This document shows, one piece after another, positions 35,885 to 49,265 of a DNA stretch of 64,000 nucleotides; within the stretch, counting starts at the first letter, position 1, and each line of letters starts with the position of its first letter. A program made the translations under genes and the position numbers. This stretch comes from Macrostomum lignano (taxonomy: Eukaryota): the NCBI GenBank assembly GCA_002269645.1, contig NIVC01001061.1, positions 1 through 64,000 on the forward strand, written 5' to 3'. The notes beneath the pieces are model-generated. The model was not told the origin of the DNA, made no database searches, and saw only the letters and a program-made list of their open reading frames with translations.

Positions 35885-36490
35885 GCCCCTGATGCTGGTG
35901 CCCCTGGTGCTGGTGCCCCTGGTGCTGGCGCCCCTGGTGCTGGCGCCCCTGGCTGGCGCTCCTGGTGCTGGCGCCCCTGGTGCTGGCGCCCCTGGTGCTG
36001 GCGCCCCTGGTGCTGGCGCCCCTGGTGCTGGCGCCCTGGTGCTGGCGCCCCTGGTGCTGGCGCCCCTGGTGCTGGCGCCCCTGGTGCTGGCGCCCCTGGT
36101 GCTGGCGCCCCTGGTGCTGGCGCCCCTGGTGCTGGCGCCCCTGGTGCTGGCGCCCTGGTGCTGGCGCCCCTGGTGCTGGCGCCCCTGGTGCTGGCGCCCC
36201 TGGTGCTGGCGCCCCTGGTGCTAAAGCCCCTGGTGCTGGCGCCCCTGGTGCTAAAGCCCCTGGTGCTGGCGCCCCTGGTGCTGGCGCCCCTGGTGCTAAA
36301 GCCCCTGGTGCTAAAGCCCCTGGTGCTAAAGCCCCTGGTGCTAAAGCCCCTGGTGCTAAAGCCCCTGGTGCTAAAGCCCCTGGTGCTGGCGCCCCTGGTG
36401 CTAAAGCCCCTGGTGCTAAAGCCCCTGGTGCTAAAGCCCCTGGTGCTAAAGCCCCTGGTGCTAAAGCCCCTGGTGCTAAAGCCCCTGGTT
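35885..36490. repeat. 15-bp minisatellite with polarised variants
   Basis: GCCCCTGGTGCTGGC on the left grades into GCCCCTGGTGCTAAA on the right. Confidence 0.95.
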
Positions 36491-37289
36491 CTGTATGCAT
36501 CGCAGTGTGTAACTACAAATTCTAGTTAACGGCCTCCTTGACCTCTATTAATTCACTCGATCATTATTCATGTGAAATGCGACAATTTGAACTGCTTGTT
36601 GGACAAATGAGGGCAGGGTGGTTCTGCCTGCGCGGACTGCAAAAAGCCGTGTAGTTTTGAGTTTCGCTTTGACTGCTTGAAGCATGGGACAGATGGGCTT
36701 TTAAAATGCATATAGCTATAGTTAATTTGTCTGGAATGAAAATCACTTCGCTGCTAATATTGCGTTCATGCAGACTACATATCTTGCAGGGAATCTGCAA
36801 ATTCGGTTAAATTGACCTTAACTGACCCCGATCCTATCCCTGGTCTGTTCCGCTGCTTCCCCAGCCTCGAATTCCCGCAAAATTTCCTCACCAGGGGTTT
36901 GGGATTTGCTGGGATCTGTATTAAGCAATTGGAGGGAGGGAGAGATAAATACAGGAAGGATATTGGGGAGTTCGATTTCGGGAAACTGTCATACACGCTA
37001 TAGGCAGGCCTGTGTGTGAATTTTAGTGCTTTCTATTTTCTATACTATATATATATTTTTTTTTCATGGAGGTCCCGCTCACCAAGATCTAAATATATCT
37101 GAGATAGTGACTGGCTTAGCTGCCACCAGGCACCGCACTCGATGTACAAAAATTGTCTGCAAAATTGATTAGTTCTGATTTGCAGTTGGCTTAAATTTTC
37201 TTTCTTTCTTGAGTTTAAAAATAGATTTATGAGAGCCGAACTGTGTGATAAAATGCAAGGATCAGTGAATAGATGAAGTATATTATGAG

Positions 37290-37680
37290 TGAGTGGCCAA
37301 ATAGATGACTGAGTGGCCAAATAGATGACTGAGTGGCCAAATAGATGACTGAGTCGCCAAATAGAGGACTGAGTGGCCAAATAGATGACTGAGTGGCCAA
37401 ATAAATGACTGAGTGGTCAAATAGATGACTGAGTGGCCAAATAGATGACTGAGTGACAAAATCAATGATTGAGTGACAAAATGGATGACTGAGTGGCCAA
37501 ATGGATGATTGAATGGCCAAATAGATGATTGAGTGGCCAAATGGATGATTGAGTGAGAAAATAGATGATTGAGTGACAAAATGGATGACTGAGTGACAAA
37601 ATAGATGACTGAGTGGCCAAATGGATGATTGAGTAGCCAAAAAGATGATTGAATATAAAAAAAAAGATTGAGTGACAAAC
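37290..37680. repeat. 20-bp minisatellite
   Basis: GAGTGGCCAAATAGATGACT, about 19 copies. Confidence 0.93.
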
Positions 37681-38193
37681 TAGATTACTAAGTGCCGATC
37701 GAGTGTTCAATTTCAAAAGCAGTAAGCATCTATTTTTATCAGGCGCAGAAAAAAAGAACAATTAATTCTGAACAAAGCCAGTGTAGAAAAAAGGTAATTT
37801 CTATTCCTCGTGCATTTCATACAGATACCCCGGTGGGGGGGGGTTGAACAAATCCCGCTCAGTGATGAAGCCAACTGGGTGTGCAACGCCTGTTGCGGTG
37901 GCTGATAAATCTTTGCTCGCCGTAATAACTGCAGCGGCAGACTCAGGCGGGAGCGGAGAGGAAGTGGGAGGAATACTGAGAACTGCGTAGACTGTGTGCT
38001 CAGCTCTCCCCCTTCTCTCAGAGCAAACACCCAGCGATAATTCGAGTCAGCATAGCTGAACTCAGCAGTTGAGCAGTTTCCATCCGAATTGTGCAGCTTT
38101 GCTCAGCATATTTGCTGGGCATATCTATAATTTATCGCACCTGCCTGCTTTTGGCCTTCAGAGAAAGGAAATTGCTGGCTCCGCATGCTGCTG

Positions 38194-38484
<291 letters not shown>

Positions 38485-38826
38485 AAGCAAAGGATTGAAA
38501 GCTGGAACTCCGAGGATGAGTCAGTTTTAGTCTCATATTATTAAAATACTTTTGACACAAAATTGTCAAGTTTATTTAGCTACAGCTCTGAAACGAGCCC
38601 ACAACAGTTAAAAAGGCACACGCTATTAATACAATTATCAAGTTATTAGCATGGGCTATAAAAAGTTATAATCTGCGCGCACAAAAATAACTACAAATAA
38701 CTTTAACAGATTTCAACAAATATTTCCTTTGCACTAGAATGCTTTGATACACTACTTGCAGTAGCATTAAGAAAACAAAAGCAGTAACTTCGGACACAAG
38801 TTCCATCCTGGAATCCAACTGGTCCA

Positions 38827-41130
38827 TCAGTAAATCCCAGCAGGGTGCCGTCCAATCAGGGCGCGCCTGAAGTCCTCCGATTGGTCGAGCAGGTCGCGCC
38901 GGTAGCGCCGAAAATCGGCGCCAAAATTGGCGTCGGCCAGGCCGGCAGCCAGCAGGCGGTTGTGGCGCCGCGCCTCCAGGCTGAACAGCGGCGACTTCAG
39001 GGTGTACCTGGGGTTTTAGCGGGGGTTTGGCCAAAACCATGAGAAAATTGTTGCTGACATGGTTGCAAGCACCGTAAGCATTATGACCGAAACATCACTC
39101 CTTATGACCGAAATATTGCTATGACCGAAAAAGCATTATGACCGAAATATTGCTATGACCGAAGTATTTCTATGACCGAAGTATTGCTATGACCGAAGTA
39201 TTGCTATGACCGAAATATTGCTATGACCGAAAAAGCATTATGACCGAAATATTGCTATGACCGAAGTATTTCTATGACCGAAGTACAGTTATGACCGAAG
39301 TATCGCCATGACCGAAATATTGCTACGACCGAAGTAATTGCTATGACCGAAATGTCATTAGGACCGAAATAGCTCAGCTGCAGGGTGGTCCATAGACACA
39401 GCGTGGAGGCAAGTGTCGCCCATTCCGCTAGAACCTAAACTGTCATTTATGACCGAATTTTCATTATGACCGAAACATCATGACCGAACTTTAAGGAGAC
39501 CAGAAGTAAACTGAGTAAACAAAGATAAGTCGCTAAAACACTTTATGCGAAATTGAACAAGCTTTTTCCAATTTACATTTTTTGTTCATTTTCCAGCCGA
39601 TAAAATCGCTACTTAAAGTAGCAATGTAAGCATCATGCCGCTAATGACTCACCACTTGTCCCTAGGCGGGCCGGTCCTCTCCAGCTCCAGCTGCCGCTGA
39701 GCGTCCATCAGCAGGGACTCATCGAATCGCACTCCATCCAGATGATGCCTGGCCGCCTCAGTGGTCACCGAGGAGGGCGACAGGCAGTGCAGGACGGCTG
39801 CAATGGAAAGGACAGGTGGCCTCTGAATGTCCCGAATTAGGGACCACTTGACGCAAAGTTAAGGTGACGCAGGCCAGGTGAACTCCCTTCCCCTGACAAT
39901 TTTTTTGCTTCGCCAGAACGGAGCAAAACTTCTTCTCAAACAAGAATCAAGTCGCCAGCCGACTGGACTGTCGAGATATTCAAGGATTCCGCCTTAAGGT
40001 CGGATTTTTTCAATAAGCGCCAATCAGCACTGCACTTCAGTGCAGCCTTGCCAAGCCTCCAAATTTCATCAGCACGCCGACCACATGTGTCTGCATCAGT
40101 TCTGACTTCGTTGGTCACTGGCCTTTACCCGGACGGAGCTTCTGGACCTTCAACAGGTGGCACCAGGTGACTATGGACACCCTGATGCGAATTTCTCGAG
40201 TTTCGCTGATCAAGCTCGGCAGTGGGCAAGCCTCAACTGCTGACATCCTCAGCTGGTCTCTCAAGCATTCCGTCAGCACCCCGACGCCTTAGGGTCCCCC
40301 CTTGGTAGTTTGAGGGGCGAAAAATGGCTTGGTATTCCTACTGATAACAGGTTAAAGCCTTAACCGATTATGTATACACCCACACCTATTGTGGAGTTTC
40401 TGTGGCACAAGCCAGTACAAGTTTCTACGCTAGTATAAAACTATCGAATATAGAATGCTTTTTTGAAGGCAAGAATTCCTGAATACGCGTAAGCAAGCGA
40501 GCCATCAAATAATTTTGCAATATTTACGAGTGTTACGTCCTGACACAACGGTAACTTCTAGTGGTCCTTGATCCGTATCTTCTCAGTGACTTATCAACCA
40601 CTCTTCACTGGGACTTCATGGTTCTATCACCCACAATTTTCCCCTTTCTCTCTTCAAATCTTCCCATTATGATTCTGCTTCCAACTGTCTAAACTCAGTG
40701 ACTCTCACCATGCTGGTGCCGGACACTGTCCGGTCTGTCCAGCCATACCCGGCCGGAGGCGTCGGCGGGCCAACCAAATGGCTCTTCATCGCAGAGGTGC
40801 GGCCCACGGCCGCCGAGGAACCAGCGGTCGCCAGCCGTTGGCAGCAGGTCGTCGCCGCGGTGCCACTTCTGGCGGCCTCCGCTGAGGAGCTGCGGATGGC
40901 GGCCAGCGGATTCGGCCACCTCCGCCGCTTTGGCCGCCACCTCAGCTGGCGTTGGGGCGCCGCCACCCCCAAGTTTTGGCGCCGCAGGTGGTGCCAGCCA
41001 GCGGCCGCTGAGGCCCTCCGTGAAGCGCCGATGTCGACGATTCAATGGCGATTTGTGGCGCGTCAGCACGCGCGGTACCGGCGATTTCAGAGTCAGGTCG
41101 GAGCTGGTGAGCAGCTTGCCCGAGTGCTCA
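38827..41130 (-). CDS. Uncharacterised protein, 3' three exons (41130-40709, 39797-39653, 39007-38827); the 5' exon(s) were not found
   Basis: GT-AG junctions with matching phases (1, 2) give ...DRWFLGGRGPHLCDEEPFGW...RHQH|AVLHCLSP...RDKW|YTLKSPLFSLEARRHNRLL...PAGIY*. Confidence 0.75.
39082..39490. repeat. ATGACCGAA-core 17-18-bp tandem repeat in the last intron of the uncharacterised gene
   Basis: CTATGACCGAA(A/G)TATTG, about 20 copies. Confidence 0.9.
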
Positions 41131-42637
41131 CTGCCGGTACAAGAGGTAAAATTTGCTTGGAAGTTTTTTTGAGAGAAAAGAAAAATTATAAAGAAACAGC
41201 TTACACAATTTCATTCTTTTTGCCGCGAAGGTAGAAATCTTCGCCGACTGAGTAATCCATCTGAAACTGATTTATCGATTAAATAACTTAAAACTAATAT
41301 GCAGTACCGCTTAACAAATTTCAATTGATTACTAATTTAAATATAGCTAGAAGAACTTTTAATTTAACGATTTTAAGAACAGAAAAAAAGCTTAAGATAT
41401 CAGAGAAAAAATAAAAGGCAAACATAATCACCTGGTTTAATTTATGATCTAGCTAAATTACTATTGCGATAATGTTGACTTTATTCACTTTAATTCCAAT
41501 ATTAGTTTAAAAAGACATTCAATATTGCCTCGCAAATAGCTAAAAGTGGATAATCTAAAGAAACATTGCGCAAAATTGAAAGATAGATTATTTAAATTAC
41601 TTAAATAAAAACAATAATAAAGTTAAATACACTAAAAAGCAATAAAAATTATGTATAAAATGCAAGCGTAGTTTTTATTTAAATCTACGCGAAGATATTA
41701 TATTCAATGGTGACATTTATTGGAAATTGCTTCTTTTAATAGAGTAACATAAAAATATTTTAACTAATTAACGTTACTTGTGACGCTAAGAATAAAATTT
41801 TTAGTCTACTATCAAATATATTACGGTTATTTTTGTTTTAAACAGTCTGCATAATTCTTGAAAGTGTGTCAGATTTAAGCTCCAGGCTCCGAGGAATTTC
41901 TTATCGGCGTGGTTCCCACGTACAGCACCCAGACTCTCGATCACATTAATAAAATTCTGAACTGACTAATGGTGAACGCACTTGCTTGGGAGAAATTTTG
42001 TAGAATGTTTTGTAGAAAGAAACCATATCCAGAGGATTATGATACTATACATATGTAGTTCTGACGATGAGAGTTGTGGACGAGAGAGCCTCAATTGCTA
42101 TTATATAGTAGGGTTACATAGGTTTTTTTAGAAGTTTTACATGTATACGCGTATGTATTTATGCCACATTCATTTTCAGACTAAGAATGTAACATGCATA
42201 AGTGCATTTTGTTCACTCAGGTGACATCTACATATGTACTTTACGAGCCATAATATTGTGACGTTGCTAGTTTAAATGGTCCCGCAAAAGGGCCGTTGGA
42301 CTATAGTTTCCCTTGCAATTTCTCATTTTAATTTCTCCAATAGTTTATTTTAACGTTTACTTATAGTAGCGTGCAAATAATCTGTATCAACTGCTAATTC
42401 ACTGTGTATTTGGTAGGCCTTGCGCTCATCTGTGAATTTTGGCACGATCGATAATTTCAAGTTCTCTCGCCAGCCAATGAAAACTCTCCGTGTTTTACGC
42501 TACCCCCTTTTGCGCTCTTTATTAACCCCCGCCTGGCGGCGGGCTGAGGGCCTCCTCACTTCGCGGCTCTTGTTTTCCTTCTCCTGCCTTCTGTCTCGAG
42601 CCTCCTTATCTCTCGCCACGGCTCCTCTGTCTGGGCC

Positions 42638-44263
42638 GGGTCTACGACGTTTGCCTGCGGGACGTTTGCCAGCCGACGTTTGCCTGCGGGACGTTTGCCA
42701 GCCGACATTTGCCAGCCGACGTTTGCCAGCCGACGTTTGCCAGCGGGACGTTTGCCAGCCGAAGTTTGCCTGCCGGACGTTTGCCTGCGGGACGTTTGCC
42801 AGCCGACGTTTGCCAGCCGACGTTTGCCAGCCGACGTTTGCCAGCCGACATTTGCCAGTTGACATTTGCCAGCCGACGTTTGCCAGCGGGACGTTTGCCA
42901 GTCGGACGTTTGCCAGCCGACATTTGCCAGCCGACGTTTGCCTGCCGGATGTTTGCCAGCCGACGTTTGCCAGCCGACGCTTGCCTGCCGGAAGTTTGCC
43001 AGCCAAAATTTGCTAGCCAATATAAAGCCAGTCAGTGAAAAATTTGATACTGAAACATTCGCAGTTTAGCGGTTTGACAAAAACCGTTTTTACTCCAACT
43101 TTTTGACGGTTATTCGCATATATACAAGTTTGAAAGCAAAATCTATAAATTATGAAATTTATGCAAAATCTATATAAATTATGCAATTTATATAGATTTA
43201 CATCTAATATCCAGTTTAACAACGATTTTCTTTGAATGTGAAAATATTGTTTACTTTTGACAATTGTGTATCGTTTTTGCCCAGTTTGAGATGTTTGATT
43301 TTTGATGTGCGAAAGAAGGCGCGCAGATTACAACGGGAATCTCCAGCGATTAAGTTATGAGGCAAACAAAAAGAGCTGCTGAGCGGTAATTCTGGCTCAT
43401 ATATTTCTCAGTTCATTGGGAGATCTAAAAGTAAGCAAATTGATTCCAATGCTGTTGTATTACTACTCAAGTAAGCAAGGAAACAGCGATCTCAACGTAC
43501 ATGTGTAGACGAGTCGAATGCGGTACGTTTTTATAGTAAGCTATATAGCTGAATAGCCAGACAAGCCGCCAGTAGCAAGCTAGTAGAATAGCAAGCGCTA
43601 GACACTACGTATGCAAAGCTTAGTCATGCCAAGGACTACCAAAGTAGAAGTACGCAGCACTCTAAATCTATGAAAAATGTTTTGAAGGCCATAGGGAGAT
43701 AGGAAGTTTTCATCTTTTCAGCACAACAATTGTTATTGCTTTCATACGAGGCAAACCCAATGTTCATCTTTTGATATGTTGTGCCAAAATCGTTGTTAAA
43801 CTAGATATTAGACTTTAGACTGATGAACTGCATAATTTATATATTTTGCTTTCAAACTTGTATACATGCGAATAACCGTCAAAAAGTTGGAGTAAAAACG
43901 GTTTTTGTCAAACCGCTAAACTGCGAATGTTTCAGTATCAAATTTTTCACTGACTGACTTTATATTGGCTAGCAAATTTTGGCTGGCAAACTTCCGGCAG
44001 GCAAACGTCGGCTGGCAAACATTCGGCAGGCAAACGTCCGGCAGGCAAACTTCGGCTGGCAAACGTCCCGCTGGCAAACGTCGGCTGGCAAATGTCGGCT
44101 GGCAAACGTCCCGCAGGCAAACGTCGGCTGGCAAACGTCCGGCAGGCAAACTTCGGCTGGCAAACGTCCCACTGGCAAACGTCGGCTGGCAAATGTCGGC
44201 TGGCAAACGTCCCGCAGGCAAACGTCGGCTAGCAAACGTCCCGCAGGCAAACGTCGCTATCCC
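42638..44263. mobile_element. Non-autonomous foldback (Mutator-like) DNA transposon, 1626 bp
   Basis: Long inverted arms (~42638-43230 and ~43785-44263), each with an outer 14-bp tandem array (TGCCAGCCGACGTT / AACGTCGGCTGGCA) and an inner AT-rich domain. GGG...CCC termini. Perfect 9-bp TSD GTCTGGGCC (42629-42637, 44264-44272). Confidence 0.92.
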
Positions 44264-45119
44264 GTCTGGGCCAGCCTGTCTGCCACGGCTAGCGCCAATC
44301 TCACCACTACGCCTCTGCCACTGCTGTGCTCATCGCCGTTACTCACCACGTTGCATCGCCTTGCATCACTCGCCTACCACCCGACTACAATTTCTAATTC
44401 ACCTTCAATTCAAAACCATTGTTGCAGCCGCCAGTGTCCCAAAAGCACAATAAGTTCTGTATTAGCATTAACCAAATTTGAATATTGATCTCAACAATAA
44501 AACAACTACGGCAGTTACCTGCCTTGTATGCCAAGTGCTCCGCTACACAATCCGCTTATCAAGACCTACTCGATTCATTTTGGGACTACGACTTACGACA
44601 ACTCTCGTAAAACGGCCCTTCTAAGGGTCATAGCCTCTACGCCAATAACGTAACAATATAATTACCGCCGTATTTTGCTCGATATCACTTTTATACTTTT
44701 GTTCATGAAGTCTTATAGTTCCCTTTCGTTAGTTTATTTGCTTGAGTGAATTACGTTTTGTTTTCCTTTATAATTTGTCCAAAAAATAATCTGATGGCAA
44801 ATTGATATTATTGGTTTTATTTCAGCGACTGAGTATACATGTAGTTAAGTTTGGTTTTCAACATTGTGATTTAGATGTATTGTTAACACAAACAAAAATA
44901 CATTGTCAGCCATGCAGTCTAGCAAGTCAAAAAAAGGCAAAGATAATCTCACAAGGCGGGTTTCAGGGCTGGCTGGGCGCGAAGGTAGGCCGCACCGCCG
45001 GCAGTGTCCGGGGCGCCGGCGTCAGCAGTGCACCGGTACGGTCCCCGCTGGTTATAGGATACCTGCAGCATCAGCAACAGCACCTCCTGCACCGGCTGCG
45101 GGCAGTAGCTCTAGGATGA

Positions 45120-45690
45120 TGTGGCCTGCTATAGCGGAGTCGCCGATGACGCAACAGTTCACTTGGACGGGACAGGCCGGTGCGGTGGTAGAGTCATTGG
45201 TGACTCGCTTGTAGCCGATCTTGAAGGCCGCGCGCAGCAGGCCAGCGTGCGCCGCATCGCCCTGCTGTTCGAGCAATTCCGTCAGAGTCCAGGTCTCGGA
45301 TTTGGTACTTGGCTGCGCCGACGATCTCGCCCTGTTGTTCTCGACCGTCGACGGCGCCCAGCGCTAGCTGGACCGGCTGGTGGGCATTGTGGCGAGCGTC
45401 GGCCTGGTGGTCAACACGTAGACGAAGACCGTCGTGCTCTGCGTGCCAGACGAAATCGAGGGTGTGATTTTCTACCGAGGCACTGACGGGCAGGTGACAA
45501 AACTTCCGAACTGTCAGCAGTTTGTCTATCTCGGTGGTCTGGTGCCTGACGTTTGCAAGGACCTGCGACATCGCCGTGGACTTGCCTGGGCTGCCTTCCG
45601 TTCCGTGAGGGCTGTCCTGCACTCCGAGGCCCTGCCTGACCGCCAGAGGGCGACGTTGTTCCAGGCGGTGATCGAGACCCTCCTGTTGTA
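45120..45690 (+). mobile_element. Non-LTR retrotransposon (LINE) reverse-transcriptase relic with frameshifts and stops
   Basis: CADDLALL (YADD motif), VGLVVN..KT, QQFVYLGG, RRGLAWAAF, LFQAVIETLLLY. Confidence 0.85.
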
Positions 45691-46039
45691 CATGTTTTGA
45701 ACTTTAGTTTAAATTGTGCATTATCAAATTAATGTATAAGCATATGTACATACATGCGCAGGCCTCTATCTTATCTTGCATGACTGGTGGCTGTTTCTAC
45801 ATGTATATCTTCGCTCAATTTGGCCTGTTCCATGCAGCAAAAAGCGACTCCTCTTTCTAATTGAGAAACAATTGTAATCAAAAAGTATACCTGTATAGGA
45901 CTAGGTGAGTTATTTTAGCTGTAGAATAACCTTAGCTTGTTTTGTTTATCCTTAAATCGGAGCTCCCAGCCAGTTGATTATAAATACAGGAATACGCTCC
46001 CATCCAATTCAGGTGTACCGAATTCGTACTCTACCTAGC

Positions 46040-48875
46040 ATGGACACCAGCGTGTACGACCCGAAAGCCAAGGATTTGCAGCCGCCGCCACCGCCGCCGC
46101 CTCCATACAGCGAAACGCCCGGAGGAACTGGCGTTGTGAACCCAAGCTATGTTCACGACACTCCGAACCTGACCACTGAGGAGGAGACAGCCGTGCACGT
46201 CGGATTCACGGTTCGCAATCTGGACGAAGCCTCTGTTAGGCGCGGCTTCATTCGCAAAGTCTACCTGATTCTTACTGCCCAGCTGGCGTTCACCTTCGGC
46301 TGCGTGTTGCTGACAGCTCTGTGGGCGCCCGTAGCCGAGGCAATTCGCAGCAATTTGTGGATTTTCTACGCCTCTTTGGCCGTGTTCACTGCGGTGTACA
46401 TCGGCCTGATGTGCTCCACCAGGCTGCGCCGGGAGACTCCTGGCAATATGATAGCTCTGTTTATTTTCACGCTGGCCATGACTGCCATGGCGTCGACTTT
46501 GGTGAGTGTTTTGTCTGTATGAAGATATATGTAGCGTTCTGATGATGCCGGGGAGGGGGGGGGCAGAGCAGGCCAGAGGTAGATTCTTGTGCCTCGATCA
46601 GTGGTTTGATTCTGTGCGCGGTCCCTGTCTCTTGGTTGGCGCTCCTGTCTCTTGGTTGGCGCTCCTGTCTCTTGGTTGGCGCCCCTGTCTCTTGGTTGGC
46701 GCCCCTGTCTCTTGGTTGGCGCTCCTGTCTCTTGGTTGGCGCTCCTGTCTCTTGGTTGGTGCTTCTGTCTCTTGGTTGGCGCCCGTCTCTTGGTTGTCTC
46801 CCCTGTCTCTTGGTTGGCGCCCGTCTCTTGGTTGTCTCCCCTGTCTCTTGGTTGGCGCCCCTGTCTCTTGGTTGGTGCTTCTGTCTCTTGGTTGGCGCCC
46901 CTGTCTCTTGGTTGGTGACCCTGTCTCTTGGTTGGCGCCCCTGTCTCTTGGTTGGCGCTCCTGTCTCTTGGTTGGTGCTTCTGTCTCTTGGTTGGCGCCC
47001 GTCTCTTGGTTGGCGCCCGTCTCTTGGTTGTCTCCCCTGTCTCTTGGTTGGCGCCCCTGTCTCTTAGTTGGCGCCCCTGTCTCTTTGTTGGTGACCCTGT
47101 CTCTTGGTTGGCGCTCCTGTCTCTTGGTTGGCGCTCCTGTCTCTTGGTTGGCGCCCCTGTCTCTTGGTTGGCGCCCCTGTCTCTTGGTTGGCGCCCCTGT
47201 CTCTTGGTTGGCGCTCCTGTCTCTTGGTTGGTGCTTCTGTCTCTTGGTTGGCGCCCGTCTCTTGGTTGGCGCCCGTCTCTTGGTTGTCTCCCCTGTCTCT
47301 TGGTTGGCGCCCCTGTCTCTTAGTTGGCGCCCCTGTCTCTTGGTTGGTGACCCTGTCTCTTGGTTGGCGCTCCTGTCTCTTGGTTGGTGCTTCTGTCTCT
47401 TGGTTGGCGCTCCTGTTCAGCTAGGGTGCTCACAGCATTCTTGCAAATACATGTATTTATTATATTATGATTCACCAGAGAGATTAATCTCGTAAGCAGA
47501 AAACGCCTGTGCCCCCCCCCCCCAACGGTTGGTGAAATGTTTTTACTCCTGCACTTTTAATTCCCGTACGTAAAGCATGAAAAAGCACACGAAATGCCAT
47601 CGTGCAGTCATTCTAACTGGCACTTTTACCGTTTCGCCTGTAGCTCTGTGACTTTCGTCAGTTTAAACTGTTCGTATTATCTGAGCAGCGGGAAAAGTTT
47701 CTACTGATAAGAATGAAACGGCCATCGAGGTGTGACACGGGCAAAATAAAAAAGTAATTCAGTCAGACAGGCGAGAAGAAAAGCTCAAAATCGAATATAG
47801 ATTCCTGTGAAGTAGCCTCTTTCCCAATTGTACTCGTAGTTAGTTAGTCGCTTGCACACGAACACTCTTACAGGGTGTAGAGCGGCCCTGGCTCTCATCG
47901 TCGGGCAAGTTCACTCTATGAGCCTAAGAAGTTGACCAGAATTCTACTGAAGTCGTCCCTTGAAGCCACCCCCCCCCCCTAAGGCACAGAGTGCCCCGGG
48001 TGTGCAGACAGGAAGCAAGCTGTACTCGTACGATACATCTTGCGTGAACGTCTGTCTGCGTATGCATCCGTGTGATTGTATGGTCAGGAGTCAGCGTTGT
48101 TAACAGGACTGCTTGCCTTCTCCCTGGCTGAAGGTCGAGTGTCATTAAGATCTGAAAACGGCCTGTCAAAGTATAGACGTACAGAGTCGTAACCCTAAGT
48201 CACTTCTCTCAATTGCACAGAATTCCTTCCTTGACGAAATCATCGTAGTACATTTCTATGAAAATGTTTGGCTTTCTCAAAAGATTCTGATTTATCAATG
48301 AATGACGTACATGTGCAAGTGCAAGTAGTGGCCTGTAGGCCTTTTGACACTTACATGTAGATCGAGTTACCCTGCCTGACAAAGTTGCATTTGCCGCATC
48401 TCATTTAATGCAGATTGAATCTGAATTTTAATTTCACACAGCGCATTTCAATACCCACAAAAACCAGGCAGCATTTACCTCTAGCAACGCTGTCCTGGTG
48501 TCCGTTGGCATCACCGGAGCCGTTTGCATTGGTGTCACGCTGTTCGTCCTGCAGAGCCGAGTCGAGTTCTCTCTGCTCGCCAGCCTAATCTACTCCACAG
48601 GCCTTGTGTTCGCTATGTTTGGCGTCTCGTGTCTCATAACTATTCTGGTGTACAGGAGCAGCTTGGATCCGGTGACAACCAGGATACTTGACTGCGTCTA
48701 TGGCGGTTTGATCGCGCTGCTTCTGGTTGTATGTCTGGTTGCCGATACGCATCACGTGATTGGCAATTCGAACTACGGACTGTCCGAAGAGGAGTACGTG
48801 TTCGGCGCTCTGCAACTGTACATCGACGTTGTGCTCGTGCTCATGATCTTTCTGGGAATCAGGGGCGGTCGTTAA
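46040..48875 (+). CDS. Lifeguard/TMBIM (BI-1 family) membrane protein, 289 aa; exons 46040-46501 and 48468-48875
   Basis: SVRRGFIRKVYLILTAQL, PGNMIALFIFT, AVLVSVGITGAVC, DT...LSEEEYVFGALQLYIDVV. Phase-0 GT-AG intron (870 nt total). Confidence 0.92.
46625..47415. repeat. 20-bp minisatellite in the TMBIM intron
   Basis: CTGTCTCTTGGTTGGCGC(C/T)C, about 40 copies. Confidence 0.95.
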
Positions 48876-49265
48876 CAATTTGAACTTTTATTAAGCTTGA
48901 ATCAGTGTTTTTCTACATATACAAATTAAAATTATGGTACTTCGATCCATGACATTGGTAAATTTACATATATTCTACAGAGATTATTGATCCGTTAAAA
49001 TCGGCCTCATTGAAAGATCGTATTTTTTGTCATAACGTGCATATGTAAAGACCACTGTAGGTACATTCAGATCCTTTAAGAGCCGATCTACCAGCCTGCA
49101 TGTACATGTACATGTACTTGTAGTTGTAATTTTGAATGAATTACATGTACTCAAGAACGAACTACTTAAGTACGTGTGTGCGTCCTCAGATTATAATCGT
49201 AATGAAATTACTGCTAGAAACAAAAATGAATGCTTAAGCATAGTGGTCGCGTCATAGGCTTTACA

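Noticed and set aside
33052-36529. Repetitive ORFs (GDACY, PCLP, APGA/collagen-like)
   Set aside because: Products of 17-, 9- and 15-bp satellites, with no splice or start context.
38850-39010. E2F-like (TTTTGGCGCC) and CCAAT motifs suggesting a cell-cycle promoter
   Set aside because: The region is explained as the phase-consistent last coding exon (39007-38827) of the minus-strand gene.
42420-44488. Multiple CQPTFASRR / LANVGWQT ORFs
   Set aside because: Translations of the 14-bp arrays in the foldback arms; no transposase is present.
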